Below are positions 21,947 to 30,669 of a stretch of 64,000 nt of DNA, piece after piece (positions within the stretch are counted from its first letter, which is position 1; each line of letters begins with the position of its first letter). The notes below the pieces were generated by a model. That model made no database searches. It worked only from the letters and a program-made list of their open reading frames with translations, and was not told the origin of the DNA. This DNA comes from Hyphomicrobiaceae bacterium (GTDB taxonomy: Bacteria; Pseudomonadota; Alphaproteobacteria; Rhizobiales; Hyphomicrobiaceae). Location of the stretch: positions 1,620-65,619 of the forward strand of contig JBEBJA010000069.1 of assembly GCA_040080145.1 (NCBI GenBank), written 5' to 3'. The position numbers were made by a program, and so were the translations under genes.

Positions 21947-23194
21947 CTACCTTGCCGCTGCGGCGGGCACATTGGGCATCGCCCGTGCCACAGCCGCAGG
22001 CGCGCTCTTCGGACGGTCACTAGGCTCGTCAATGATGCGGTCCGGCAAGATCCTGAAAATCCGCGCACCAGCCAGCACAATTCCGAGTGAAATCGCAACG
22101 CCGCCTAGGCCCAGTAGCACTTCCGGCAGGCTTGGCGAATAGCTTGCAACACTGCCGTCCAGGAACGTCTTAGAGACTTCATACCCGGGAAACAGCATCA
22201 GCGGAAACGCCTGGCCGCCGATGATGATGACGTAGAGCTGAGCAAACCCACCAAGCAAAACAAGACCGGCCGCCAGCAAAGCGGCTGTTCGAGACGACGC
22301 CAGAAACACCAGCGCCAGAGGTATCAGAGCGCCGAGGGCAACCTGGACGATCCAGAACAGCAGCGGGAATATGCCACCGCTCCACAACAGGAAACTCGCG
22401 ACAGCCAAGCGCTGCGCCGCATAAAGATTGGTCAGATGCTGCACCGCCGTGAAATACAGCACGGCGGCAACGAAGACTCCCATCAGCCGGCCCAATCGGA
22501 TGACCAATCCCGACTGGAACGCGCGTCCCTCCAACGCAAACAGGCCCGCGGTCGCAAGGATGAAGGCGGCAGTTCCAAGCGCGAGCGACAGTGCGATAAA
22601 CAACGGTGCCATCACGGCGGCGTTATAGGCCTCGCGCGCAACCAGCCATCCGAAAATAGATCCGGTTCCCGTCGTCAATAACAGCCGCCAGACGAACGCA
22701 ACAAGCCCGACTGGCTTGGTGAGCCACGTAGTGCCGCGCGCCATCATGACGAAGAGATAGGCCGCAGCTACCGCCACGAAGCCCGAGTAAAGGAAGATGT
22801 TCCAAGTGAAAATCGACTTGAAATTGTAGTTCGTCATTGCAACGACCAAGCGCTCGGGTCGGCCAAGGTCGAGTACGAGGACGGCCAAGCCGCCGATCAA
22901 CAACGCCATGGCAAGCAGCGTCGAGAACCGGGCCAAGGGCTTGTAGGCTTCCCGGCCGAATACGGAGCCGACGGACGCCACATTGAGCGCCCCCGATGCA
23001 GCCACGATCAGGAAGATCGCAAAGACATGCGGCATGCCCCAAACGATCCGGTTATCCATTCCCGTAACGATATGGCCGCTATGCTCCATGAACAAAGCTG
23101 CACCCAATCCGGTCAGCGTCACAAGCGCGATCACGCCAAGCGCCAGCCAGAAGCCGCGTTCACTCTTCAACTCCTGGTATATGACGCGCTGCAT
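21947..23194 (-). CDS. dsrP: DsrP, NrfD/PsrC-like integral membrane quinone-interacting subunit
   Basis: 415 aa with about 10 transmembrane helices. Position between dsrO and dsrN. Confidence 0.85.
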   Translation of the reverse strand: MQRVIYQELKSERGFWLALGVIALVTLTGLGAALFMEHSGHIVTGMDNRIVWGMPHVFAIFLIVAASGALNVASVGSVFGREAYKPLARFSTLLAMALLIGGLAVLVLDLGRPERLVVAMTNYNFKSIFTWNIFLYSGFVAVAAAYLFVMMARGTTWLTKPVGLVAFVWRLLLTTGTGSIFGWLVAREAYNAAVMAPLFIALSLALGTAAFILATAGLFALEGRAFQSGLVIRLGRLMGVFVAAVLYFTAVQHLTNLYAAQRLAVASFLLWSGGIFPLLFWIVQVALGALIPLALVFLASSRTAALLAAGLVLLGGFAQLYVIIIGGQAFPLMLFPGYEVSKTFLDGSVASYSPSLPEVLLGLGGVAISLGIVLAGARIFRILPDRIIDEPSDRPKSAPAAVARAMPNVPAAAAR

Positions 23195-23207
23195 GAATTA
23201 AGATCCG

Positions 23208-24035
23208 TTAAAGGTTCTGATAGCGCACACCCAGATCGAGGCCGAGATCGGCGCGGATCTGGCGCGTAGGAAATTGTGCGATCCGTTTCGAAATCTCGCT
23301 AGACGGATCGTTGAGATCGCCGAAAATCATCGCGCCCCGGCCTGTTGCCGCGCAGGCTTCGACGCAGGCAGGCTGCCGTCCGGTATCGACGCGATGAACG
23401 CATAAGGTGCAGGATTCGACCGTGCCCTTGCCGCGCGGCGCATGTTCAACCTGATCGGTCAGCGGCTCATGCACAAACGAGCGCGCTCCATATGGACACG
23501 CCATCACGCAATAGCGGCAGCCAATGCAGATATGCTTGTCGACCAGCACGATTCCATCGGCCCGCTTGAACGAGGCACCCGTTGGACAGACATCGACACA
23601 CGGTGGTGACGCACAGTGCTGGCACATCACCGGCAGCGAGCGCGGCGCGCCACCCTTTTCGCCTTTGACGGTCACCTTGCGAATCCATTGCGCGTCGGTT
23701 CGCGGATGTCCCGTCGCAGCAACGCCGTGTTCTTTGGCGCAGGCCGAGACACACGCGCTGCAGTCCTCCGCGCATTTGGCAACGTCGATCAGCAGTCCCC
23801 AGCGTTGGGCGGACGTGACGGGGCCACGGCCAGCCTTCGCATCGGCAGGAGACGCACCAGCAAACGCCATCAAGGTCACGCCGGGAGCAAGCGTCAGGGT
23901 GGTGAACGCCGCAGCACTCTTCAAAAACCAGCGCCGCGCCGTGTCGATGGGCGTGTTCGCGTCAAGCACGGGTGAGGGATCGCCACCGCAACATTTCGAA
24001 TTCTCCTTCTTACCGCCGTTGCAGCATCCGCTCAT
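23208..24035 (-). CDS. dsrO: DsrO, periplasmic 4Fe-4S ferredoxin-like subunit with Tat signal
   Basis: Twin-arginine RRWFLKSAA. Several CxxCxxCxxxCP motifs. ATGA overlap with the dsrJ stop. Confidence 0.85.
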   Translation of the reverse strand: MSGCCNGGKKENSKCCGGDPSPVLDANTPIDTARRWFLKSAAAFTTLTLAPGVTLMAFAGASPADAKAGRGPVTSAQRWGLLIDVAKCAEDCSACVSACAKEHGVAATGHPRTDAQWIRKVTVKGEKGGAPRSLPVMCQHCASPPCVDVCPTGASFKRADGIVLVDKHICIGCRYCVMACPYGARSFVHEPLTDQVEHAPRGKGTVESCTLCVHRVDTGRQPACVEACAATGRGAMIFGDLNDPSSEISKRIAQFPTRQIRADLGLDLGVRYQNL

Positions 24036-24529
24036 GGGGTGAGCCCTTTGATATAGCGCGCGAGCGCTGCCACATCTGCACGCGATCCAGGCAGGTCCGC
24101 TGCCTTTGCGGGTTCCGGCGGGCGCGAGTTATGGCATTCAAAACAGTCGACCGAAACAGCTGCGTAATCGTGGCAGGACCGGCAGAAGTGTTTGGGGTCG
24201 GCGACTGTGACCGCACGTCCATTCGCGCCCTGGACGGCGTGACACGCGACGCAGCCTTTGAGACTGAACTGGCCCGAGCGGTCGCCCTCGTGAACCGTTG
24301 CGTCGCGCTGGTGGCCGAGCACGTTCATGTGGTTGCGGCGCATCCAATCGGTTGGCGCCACGCACTTATCACCCTTGCCCTTTGGGAGCACCGGCACGGG
24401 CGTAGCGGCTACCCGGCTTTGCGGCAACGCGCTGGAGTGCGGCGGGTCGGCAGCGCGGACGTCAGCCGACCCCAGGTGCACGCCGACGACCGCCAGCAAA
24501 GTTGCGAAAATTATGCGCTGCAGCAACAT
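24032..24529 (-). CDS. dsrJ: DsrJ, triheme cytochrome c
   Basis: Three CxxCH motifs (CVACH, CRSCH, CFECH) and an N-terminal signal anchor. Start taken at the ATG at 24529. Confidence 0.85.
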   Translation of the reverse strand: MLLQRIIFATLLAVVGVHLGSADVRAADPPHSSALPQSRVAATPVPVLPKGKGDKCVAPTDWMRRNHMNVLGHQRDATVHEGDRSGQFSLKGCVACHAVQGANGRAVTVADPKHFCRSCHDYAAVSVDCFECHNSRPPEPAKAADLPGSRADVAALARYIKGLTP

Positions 24530-24531
24530 CA

Positions 24532-26514
24532 CTAACCTAAGCCCATCTGGATATAACCGCTCGGACAGACGTCGGCGCAGATGTGGCAGCCGATGCACTT
24601 CGTATAATCCGTGTCGACATAGCGGCCGACGGCACGATCCTTTTTGGGCACACGAAACACCGCCGTCTGCGGGCAGAAGACGACGCAGTTATCGCATTCA
24701 AAGCACATGCCGCAGCTCATGCAGCGCTTGCCTTCAACGATGGCCTGCGCCTCCGTCAAACCCATGATGCGTTCATCGAAGTTGCCCAGCACCTGGTCGG
24801 CTTCGATGTGAACCTCAGAGCGCTTTCCGCGCGGCTCGTACTTGAAGTGCCCCTTAAAGAGTTTGCCATGCGGAATGATCTGCGTGGACGAGCGATCTTC
24901 GTAATTGTGAACGGCGAATTTTGCGCTGTCAGTCCCACGCGGCTGATCGTGCCCATATGGTGCGGGATTCAGCGAACGTTGATTGAGTTCCTTAAGCAGA
25001 TTGAAGTGGTGAACATCAACCTTCGGGCGCTTGTCCTGGGGACTTCCCGCCAGCATATGATCGATGCTTTCAGCGGCAATCCGGCCATGGCCGATTGCCG
25101 TCGTCAGCAGGTGCGGCCGGATAATATCGCCACCGGCGAAATGCTTCTCTTTGCCCTTGACCCGATACATCGAGTCGGCTGCGATAAAGCCCTTGCCGCC
25201 ATCCAAAGGATTGATACCTTCGAAATCGCCCATCTGCCCGATTGCAGAAATCACGATATCGCATGGAATTTCGAACTCGCTTCCAGGGACTGGAACGGGT
25301 GTCGTTCCCTTCATCGTGCACTTGCACATCTTCAGGGCCCGGGCTTGGCCCTGGTCGTCTTTCAAAACCTCAAGCGGCATAACGCTGCCGATGATGGTTA
25401 CCCCCTCGCGCGCAGCATCCGCCCGCTCGCGCTCTGAGGCCGTCATCTTTTCGATGGCAAACAGCGATGTCAGCGTGGCTTGCATCCCCTCGCGGCGCAT
25501 CGTGCCCGCCACATCGTGAGCGGTGTAGCCCAGCAGGTTATGGGGATCGGCGTCCTTCTCGGCCTTATGCGTGATGTGACCCAGGCGGCGCGCCACGGAC
25601 GCCACGTCGATAGACGTATCGCCACCGCCGACGACCACCACGCGCTTGGCCGTGCCGACAACCCAACCCTTATTGAAGGCGTCGAGAAACTCGACTCCGG
25701 TGATGCAGTTCTCGGTACCCTCCCAGCCGGGGACCGGCAAGCCCCGGCCCTTCTGCGCGCCGATTGCCCAAAAGATCGCGTCGAAGTTGCTTTCGAGTTC
25801 CTCGATGGAAACATGAACCCCGACGCGGGTGTTTGTACGCACCTCGACACCCATGGCGATGATGCGCCCGATTTCCTTGTCGAGCATGTCGCGCGGTGTC
25901 CGGTAGCCGGGAATTCCGTACCGCATCATTCCGCCGAGCTTCTCGTGCTCCTCAAAGATCGCAACGCCGTGCCCCTTGCGCCGCAAGAAGTAGGCTGCGG
26001 CCAAGCCAGCAGGTCCGCCACCGATGACCGCAACTGTCCGGCCCGAAAATTTCGCCTCGACCGGTAGTTTCACATTGTTTTCGTTGGCCCAATCGCCGAC
26101 ATACTGCTCGACCGCATTGATGCCGACGAAGTCATCAACCTCGTTGCGATTACAGCCATCCTCGCACGGCGCTGGGCAGACCCGCCCCATCGTCGCCGGA
26201 AATGGGTTGGCTTCGACCATGCGCTGGAACGCATATTCCTGCCACTTCGTATCCTTCGACGGTGCCTTGTCCATGCCGCGCGCAATTGCGAGCCATCCAC
26301 GGATCTCATGCCCCGACGGACAGCTGCCCTGGCATGGCGGCGTCTGATGGATATAGGTCGGACATTTATGCGTCTTGTCTGCCTGGAAGATCTTATCGGT
26401 AAGATCGTCCCACCCCTTCCACATATTCTCGCCGTCTTGGTACCGGCGGAACGTCGGCTTGGTCTTATCTGCGGCCTGTGCGCCACTCACCGGTTTGGTC
26501 TTGCTGTCGCTCAT
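24532..26514 (-). CDS. dsrL: DsrL, NAD(P)H:acceptor oxidoreductase (GltD-like with C-terminal ferredoxin domain)
   Basis: Contains VAVIGGGPAGLAAAYFL and two C-terminal CxxCxxCxxxC clusters. Position between dsrK and dsrJ. Confidence 0.9.
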   Translation of the reverse strand: MSDSKTKPVSGAQAADKTKPTFRRYQDGENMWKGWDDLTDKIFQADKTHKCPTYIHQTPPCQGSCPSGHEIRGWLAIARGMDKAPSKDTKWQEYAFQRMVEANPFPATMGRVCPAPCEDGCNRNEVDDFVGINAVEQYVGDWANENNVKLPVEAKFSGRTVAVIGGGPAGLAAAYFLRRKGHGVAIFEEHEKLGGMMRYGIPGYRTPRDMLDKEIGRIIAMGVEVRTNTRVGVHVSIEELESNFDAIFWAIGAQKGRGLPVPGWEGTENCITGVEFLDAFNKGWVVGTAKRVVVVGGGDTSIDVASVARRLGHITHKAEKDADPHNLLGYTAHDVAGTMRREGMQATLTSLFAIEKMTASERERADAAREGVTIIGSVMPLEVLKDDQGQARALKMCKCTMKGTTPVPVPGSEFEIPCDIVISAIGQMGDFEGINPLDGGKGFIAADSMYRVKGKEKHFAGGDIIRPHLLTTAIGHGRIAAESIDHMLAGSPQDKRPKVDVHHFNLLKELNQRSLNPAPYGHDQPRGTDSAKFAVHNYEDRSSTQIIPHGKLFKGHFKYEPRGKRSEVHIEADQVLGNFDERIMGLTEAQAIVEGKRCMSCGMCFECDNCVVFCPQTAVFRVPKKDRAVGRYVDTDYTKCIGCHICADVCPSGYIQMGLG

Positions 26515-28088
26515 TTTCGATCTCCATGCGGTGTGGCGGTAGTCGCGATTGCGTCTGCCTTTTCATCGAGCGCCCGAGCTTGGATCGAACCATCGAGAAC
26601 TATGGCGTTTGAAACCATTTGATGGACGCTCAGGATCGCATCCATTTTGAAGCCGTATGCAGGCAAGACCTTGGTGAACTGGGCCTTGCAAATGGCGCAA
26701 ATGGCGGCGAGGTGCGTCACGCCATGATCTCTGGCCACCTGCTGCATTGCGCGCATGCGCGGCTGCGCGCCCTTTAAGCGAAGATCCATCAAATCGTCGG
26801 TGAGAAGCCCACCGCCCCCGCCGCAACAGAATGTCGATTCTTTGATGGTATCGGGTGCCATATCGTAGAAGTGATTGCAGCTTGCCCGCAGAATTGCGCG
26901 GGGATACTCGAACTGCCCGCCAGGCTTGTCGCCCATCCGGCTTGCACGGGCGACATTGCAACTGTCGTGGAACGTGAGGCGGTATTTGTCGTTTCGCGAC
27001 TTATCGAACCGCAACTCACCCTTCTCGATCATGTCGTTAGTGAATTCGACGATGTGTTGCGGGATCGGGTAGCGTTGATCGAGGAAGTCGAATGGTCCAG
27101 CCAGCGTATTGAGATAGTTATAGGCGACCCGCCAGGCATGACCGCACTCGCCGAATACGATCCGCTTTACGCCGAGTTCCAGCGCTGCCTTGCGAATGCG
27201 CAGGGATACCTCCTGCATGTTCTCATAGGAGCCGATGAACAGGCCGAAATTCGCAGCCTCTGACGCATAGGAACTCAGTGTCCACGTGACACCCGCCTGA
27301 TGGAAAACTTTGGCGTAGCCCATCAGTCCGAGAATGTGGGGCTCAGCAAACAAATCCGCCGAGGGCGTGACCAGCATGATGTCAGCGCCAACCATATCCA
27401 GCGGCATCAGGATATCGAGCCCGGTCTCCTCTTTCATTTCCTCCTCGAGTCCATCAAGGGTCGAGCGGATTGCCTTCTTGGGGAGACCGAGATTGTTTCC
27501 AGTCTTGTAGACTTTGCCGATAATCTCGTTTGAATACTTCTGGCCCATCCCGATATGGTCCATGATCTCGCGCGCCGCCATCGACACTTCGGCGGTGTCA
27601 ATACCGATCGGGCAATATACGGAACAGCGACGGCATTGCGAACACTGGTGAAAATAGGTGTACCAATCGTCGAGAACTTCCTTGGTCAAGTCTTCCGCCC
27701 CGACCAGCCAAGGCATGTATTTGCCCGCGAACGTGAAGTAGCGCCGGTAGACCTTGCGCATGAGGTCCTGCCGCCCGACCGGCATATTCTTCGGATCGCC
27801 GGTGCCGAGGAAATAGTGGCACTTGTCGGTGCATGCTCCGCACTTGATGCAGGAATCCATATAGACTTGCAGCGACCGGTATTTGGTCAACAAGTCGCCC
27901 ATCTTGTCGATGGCTTTTTCCTGCCAATTCTCCACGAGCTCGCCAGGGTAGCCAAGCGGTGCCTGATGATCGCCTTTGGCGACGAAGGGTCGGCTCTTGG
28001 CCATAGCGCCGCACGCCAACGCAGGAATTGCGCTTGGATCTGGAATGTCATCGCCGTCGGCGATGATGTAGTCGCTCACTTTCGCCAT
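26511..28088 (-). CDS. dsrK: DsrK, HdrD-like catalytic Fe-S subunit
   Basis: Contains CIKCGACTDKCH and CSQCRRCSVYCP, plus CCG-domain motifs (FCCGGGGG). GAAGGAGG lies upstream of the ATG at 28088. Confidence 0.9.
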   Translation of the reverse strand: MAKVSDYIIADGDDIPDPSAIPALACGAMAKSRPFVAKGDHQAPLGYPGELVENWQEKAIDKMGDLLTKYRSLQVYMDSCIKCGACTDKCHYFLGTGDPKNMPVGRQDLMRKVYRRYFTFAGKYMPWLVGAEDLTKEVLDDWYTYFHQCSQCRRCSVYCPIGIDTAEVSMAAREIMDHIGMGQKYSNEIIGKVYKTGNNLGLPKKAIRSTLDGLEEEMKEETGLDILMPLDMVGADIMLVTPSADLFAEPHILGLMGYAKVFHQAGVTWTLSSYASEAANFGLFIGSYENMQEVSLRIRKAALELGVKRIVFGECGHAWRVAYNYLNTLAGPFDFLDQRYPIPQHIVEFTNDMIEKGELRFDKSRNDKYRLTFHDSCNVARASRMGDKPGGQFEYPRAILRASCNHFYDMAPDTIKESTFCCGGGGGLLTDDLMDLRLKGAQPRMRAMQQVARDHGVTHLAAICAICKAQFTKVLPAYGFKMDAILSVHQMVSNAIVLDGSIQARALDEKADAIATTATPHGDRK

Positions 28089-28122
28089 GCGCGACCTCCT
28101 TCTGCGATATTCTCGGACCCGC

Positions 28123-28875
28123 TCATTTGCGATCAGGCTCCATGGCAAGTTTCGCGGCCCCCAGTTTCGCGGCCCAAGGCGCGATATGGCGCTTTTCGCG
28201 AGGGTTATCGACTTGGTTGCGCGAGGGGCTGAAGAACAGCCCAGGTCCGTGCATCAGCTTGGAGAATGGGAAGATAATCATCAGCAGCGCCACCAGTGCT
28301 AAGTGCACAAGCAGCACCGGATCAGACGGGAGAGGCTTCAACTCGAAGTGCATCAGGCCTTGAAAGAATGCTTTCAATCCAACGATGTCGGTGTGCGCGA
28401 CGAACTTCATCAATAGTCCGCTGCAGCCGATCCCCAAGATCAGCGCAAGCATGAGATGGTCGGACGGCGCACTGATGTAGCGGATACGCGGCACGACGAT
28501 GCGCCGGGCCCACAGTCCAGCGAGTCCAGCAACCATTGCAAAGCCGGCATAAACACCGAATGGCTGCACCACGGTGACCCAGCCCCAGACCGGCTGCGTG
28601 AAATATCGCAAGTGACGCAACAGCACGAGCAAAAGTGCGGCGTGAAACACCCACCCAAACAGCCATATCCATTTGTTGGCCTTAAACAGGCTCTCGAATA
28701 GGACTGTCTCGCGCGCGAGACGGAAGGCGACCCCGCTCCGTGTTACCGGAGCGGGAGTTGTCGGAATTTTAAGCGGTGCGGGGCTTGCGGAAAACTGCCA
28801 AATCTTGCGGGCGAACCCGCCGACAAGAATAGCGGTCGCAACACTAAACAATGCAGCAAAAATTCCTGTCAGCAC
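28123..28875 (-). CDS. dsrM: DsrM, NarI-like diheme cytochrome b
   Basis: 250 aa with 5 transmembrane helices and conserved His residues. Position upstream of dsrK. Confidence 0.85.
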   Translation of the reverse strand: MLTGIFAALFSVATAILVGGFARKIWQFSASPAPLKIPTTPAPVTRSGVAFRLARETVLFESLFKANKWIWLFGWVFHAALLLVLLRHLRYFTQPVWGWVTVVQPFGVYAGFAMVAGLAGLWARRIVVPRIRYISAPSDHLMLALILGIGCSGLLMKFVAHTDIVGLKAFFQGLMHFELKPLPSDPVLLVHLALVALLMIIFPFSKLMHGPGLFFSPSRNQVDNPREKRHIAPWAAKLGAAKLAMEPDRK

Positions 28876-28926
28876 CAGCCTTCCTCCCCTCCGTCGCGTC
28901 GCACTTGCCTCAGTGTTCGTTGATGA

Positions 28927-29259
28927 TCAGACGCAGCCGGTTGGCTTGGGCAATCCAGCGATCTTGCAAGCCTGTTTGGCCGGGCCGTAAGGGAACAGCG
29001 TATAGAGATATTCGTTGCTGCTTTTGTCGGGCCCCATCGTCTTGGCGAGCGCTTTTGTGAGCACGCGGATCGCAGGAGCGACCTGATATTCTTCGTAGTA
29101 CGACCGCAAGAAGTTCACCACTTCCCAGCGTTCGTCATTCATTTCGAGATCTTCGCTCTGAGCGATTTGGAGCGCGAGTTCCGAATTCCATTGGCTGAGG
29201 TCGGTCAGATAGCCTTCCTCGTCGGCTTCGATTTCGCTTCCGTTGTATTGGTAGCCCAT
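28927..29259 (-). CDS. dsrC: DsrC, sulfur-carrier / heterodisulfide protein
   Basis: The C-terminus AKQACKIAGLPKPTGCV carries both conserved Cys. Start at the ATG at 29259, preceded by GAAGGGAA. Confidence 0.95.
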   Translation of the reverse strand: MGYQYNGSEIEADEEGYLTDLSQWNSELALQIAQSEDLEMNDERWEVVNFLRSYYEEYQVAPAIRVLTKALAKTMGPDKSSNEYLYTLFPYGPAKQACKIAGLPKPTGCV

Positions 29260-29303
29260 CAGATGTTCCCTTCTGTTTGATTGCGTCCGGCCGGCTAGAA
29301 TTT

Positions 29304-29366
29304 CAAAGCCAAACCTGATCGGTTTAAAGCCAAACCTGATCGTCTCAAAGCCAAGCCTGATTGGTT
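29304..29366. repeat. three tandem 21-nt direct repeats (CAAAGCCAAACCTGATCGGTT type) spanning the dsrH stop and the dsrH-dsrC spacer
   Basis: Units at 29304-29324, 29325-29345 and 29346-29366, with 2-4 mismatches. The third unit encodes the dsrH C-terminus. Confidence 0.9.
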
Positions 29367-29647
29367 TTATGCTGCGCGACGAGATCGACAAAACCGCCAT
29401 AGTCGACGATGCCAATGCCATCAATCAGGCGATCTTTCGTCAACCCGCGGGCAGCGAAATCCGGCCCGAGTACGTAGAATTGCACGTCTACCCGGCGCGC
29501 CCAGATGTCGCCTGATACGATGGTGCCCTTGATGGCACCCACCACTGCATCTTCGATCAAAAGGACGGCATCGCCTTTGGTGACGTGTTGCAGGCAGCTC
29601 TGCAGCGCGTTGGTCTGAAACGGAGATTTGTTTACGGTGTGCAGCAT
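29345..29647 (-). CDS. dsrH: DsrH (TusB-like)
   Basis: 100 aa. MLHTVNKSPF...LQSCLQ...DAVLLIEDAV pattern. Position after dsrF. Confidence 0.85.
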   Translation of the reverse strand: MLHTVNKSPFQTNALQSCLQHVTKGDAVLLIEDAVVGAIKGTIVSGDIWARRVDVQFYVLGPDFAARGLTKDRLIDGIGIVDYGGFVDLVAQHKTNQAWL

Positions 29648-29685
29648 TGATGTGTTTGGGCTCCTTCGCCCGTGTCGTATGTGGA

Positions 29686-30126
29686 TCAGAAGCTCAAAAT
29701 CACGTCCTGCTCGGCCATGACTTTGGCGAGTTCGGCGCGGGTGACGGGAATAAGTGAGGGCTTAACGGCGTAGCCGTCGTTTTCATCCTCAAACGTAATC
29801 GCCTGCAGGTCCGCAAGCGTGAGGCCGCGAGCATTCAGCGACTCTTTCTCGACATAAAGCTTTGTCACGCCATAGTCGCCTAGCGCTCGATAAGTATTGG
29901 CGAAACTTTTCATGCCGATACCTTTGGTGTCCTGCCCCTTGAAAAGCTGGAACACCCCATCGTCAAGGAATGCGAGACTGACGTGCTGATCGAATGCCGC
30001 CCCGATCAAAACAACTTCGAGGGCTTCCAGTGCGTAAATCGTACCGTAAGGCGCCTTCCGATTGACGTAGAGAAACTTCTTTGGCTTTAGAGGCACCGGG
30101 GCGGGCTTTGCTGCTTGCGTTGTCAT
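29686..30126 (-). CDS. dsrF: DsrF (TusC-like)
   Basis: DsrE/F fold pattern KKFLYVNRKAPYGTIYALEALEVVL. The ATG at 30126 is preceded by GAGGGA. Confidence 0.85.
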   Translation of the reverse strand: MTTQAAKPAPVPLKPKKFLYVNRKAPYGTIYALEALEVVLIGAAFDQHVSLAFLDDGVFQLFKGQDTKGIGMKSFANTYRALGDYGVTKLYVEKESLNARGLTLADLQAITFEDENDGYAVKPSLIPVTRAELAKVMAEQDVILSF

Positions 30127-30137
30127 ATGGATTTCCC

Positions 30138-30536
30138 TCAATCGCCGAATACGACAAGACGGTCGGCTTCAATTCCCATCTCGATGAGCTGGCCAAGGCC
30201 AGAGATGCGGAATCCGGGCGCGAGGTTTGCGGCGCCGTCGCCCTTCTTATGCCGCTTGGCTTCCCCATCATCGAGAATGCCGCGGCGTTGCGCTGCGGCG
30301 ATGCACACCACGAGATCCAACTTGTGAGCCTCGGCAAGATCGCTCCAGTTCTTCTGGATGTTGCGGTCATCCTGCGGGGGAACGGTCAATCGCGTGCCGT
30401 TGTTGACGCCGTCGTGATAGAAGAACACGCGATAAACCTCGTGCCCTTTTTCGAGTACGGCCTTTGTAAATTGATAAGCCGTATCGGACGCTTGATGGGT
30501 ATACGGCCCCTCATTGACCAAAATAGCGAACTTCAT
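30138..30536 (-). CDS. dsrE: DsrE (TusD-like), active-site Cys present
   Basis: MKFAILVNEGPYTHQ...LVVCIAAAQRRG. Start at the ATG at 30536. Confidence 0.9.
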   Translation of the reverse strand: MKFAILVNEGPYTHQASDTAYQFTKAVLEKGHEVYRVFFYHDGVNNGTRLTVPPQDDRNIQKNWSDLAEAHKLDLVVCIAAAQRRGILDDGEAKRHKKGDGAANLAPGFRISGLGQLIEMGIEADRLVVFGD

Positions 30537-30594
30537 ACTTAAACCCCGACTGATGACTGCGGTCACCCGCTCAGCGCGAGCCCTCCGATCCCGT

Positions 30595-30618
30595 GAGCAA
30601 GGCATCGCTGCCTTGCTC
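30595..30618 (-). other. intercistronic 10-bp GC-rich stem with GCGA (GNRA) tetraloop between dsrB and dsrE
   Basis: GAGCAAGGCA-TCGC-TGCCTTGCTC on the plus strand. No U-tract follows on the transcript strand. Confidence 0.5.
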
Positions 30619-30669
30619 TCATTCAGGACGAACGGCCCGCAGTTTTACGCTTGGCAAATGGAGCAAACC

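Noticed and set aside
29304-29366. CRISPR-like interpretation of the 21-nt repeat arrays (also 45230-45305).
   Set aside because: The units are directly abutting with no spacers, number only 3-4 copies, and have no cas genes nearby.
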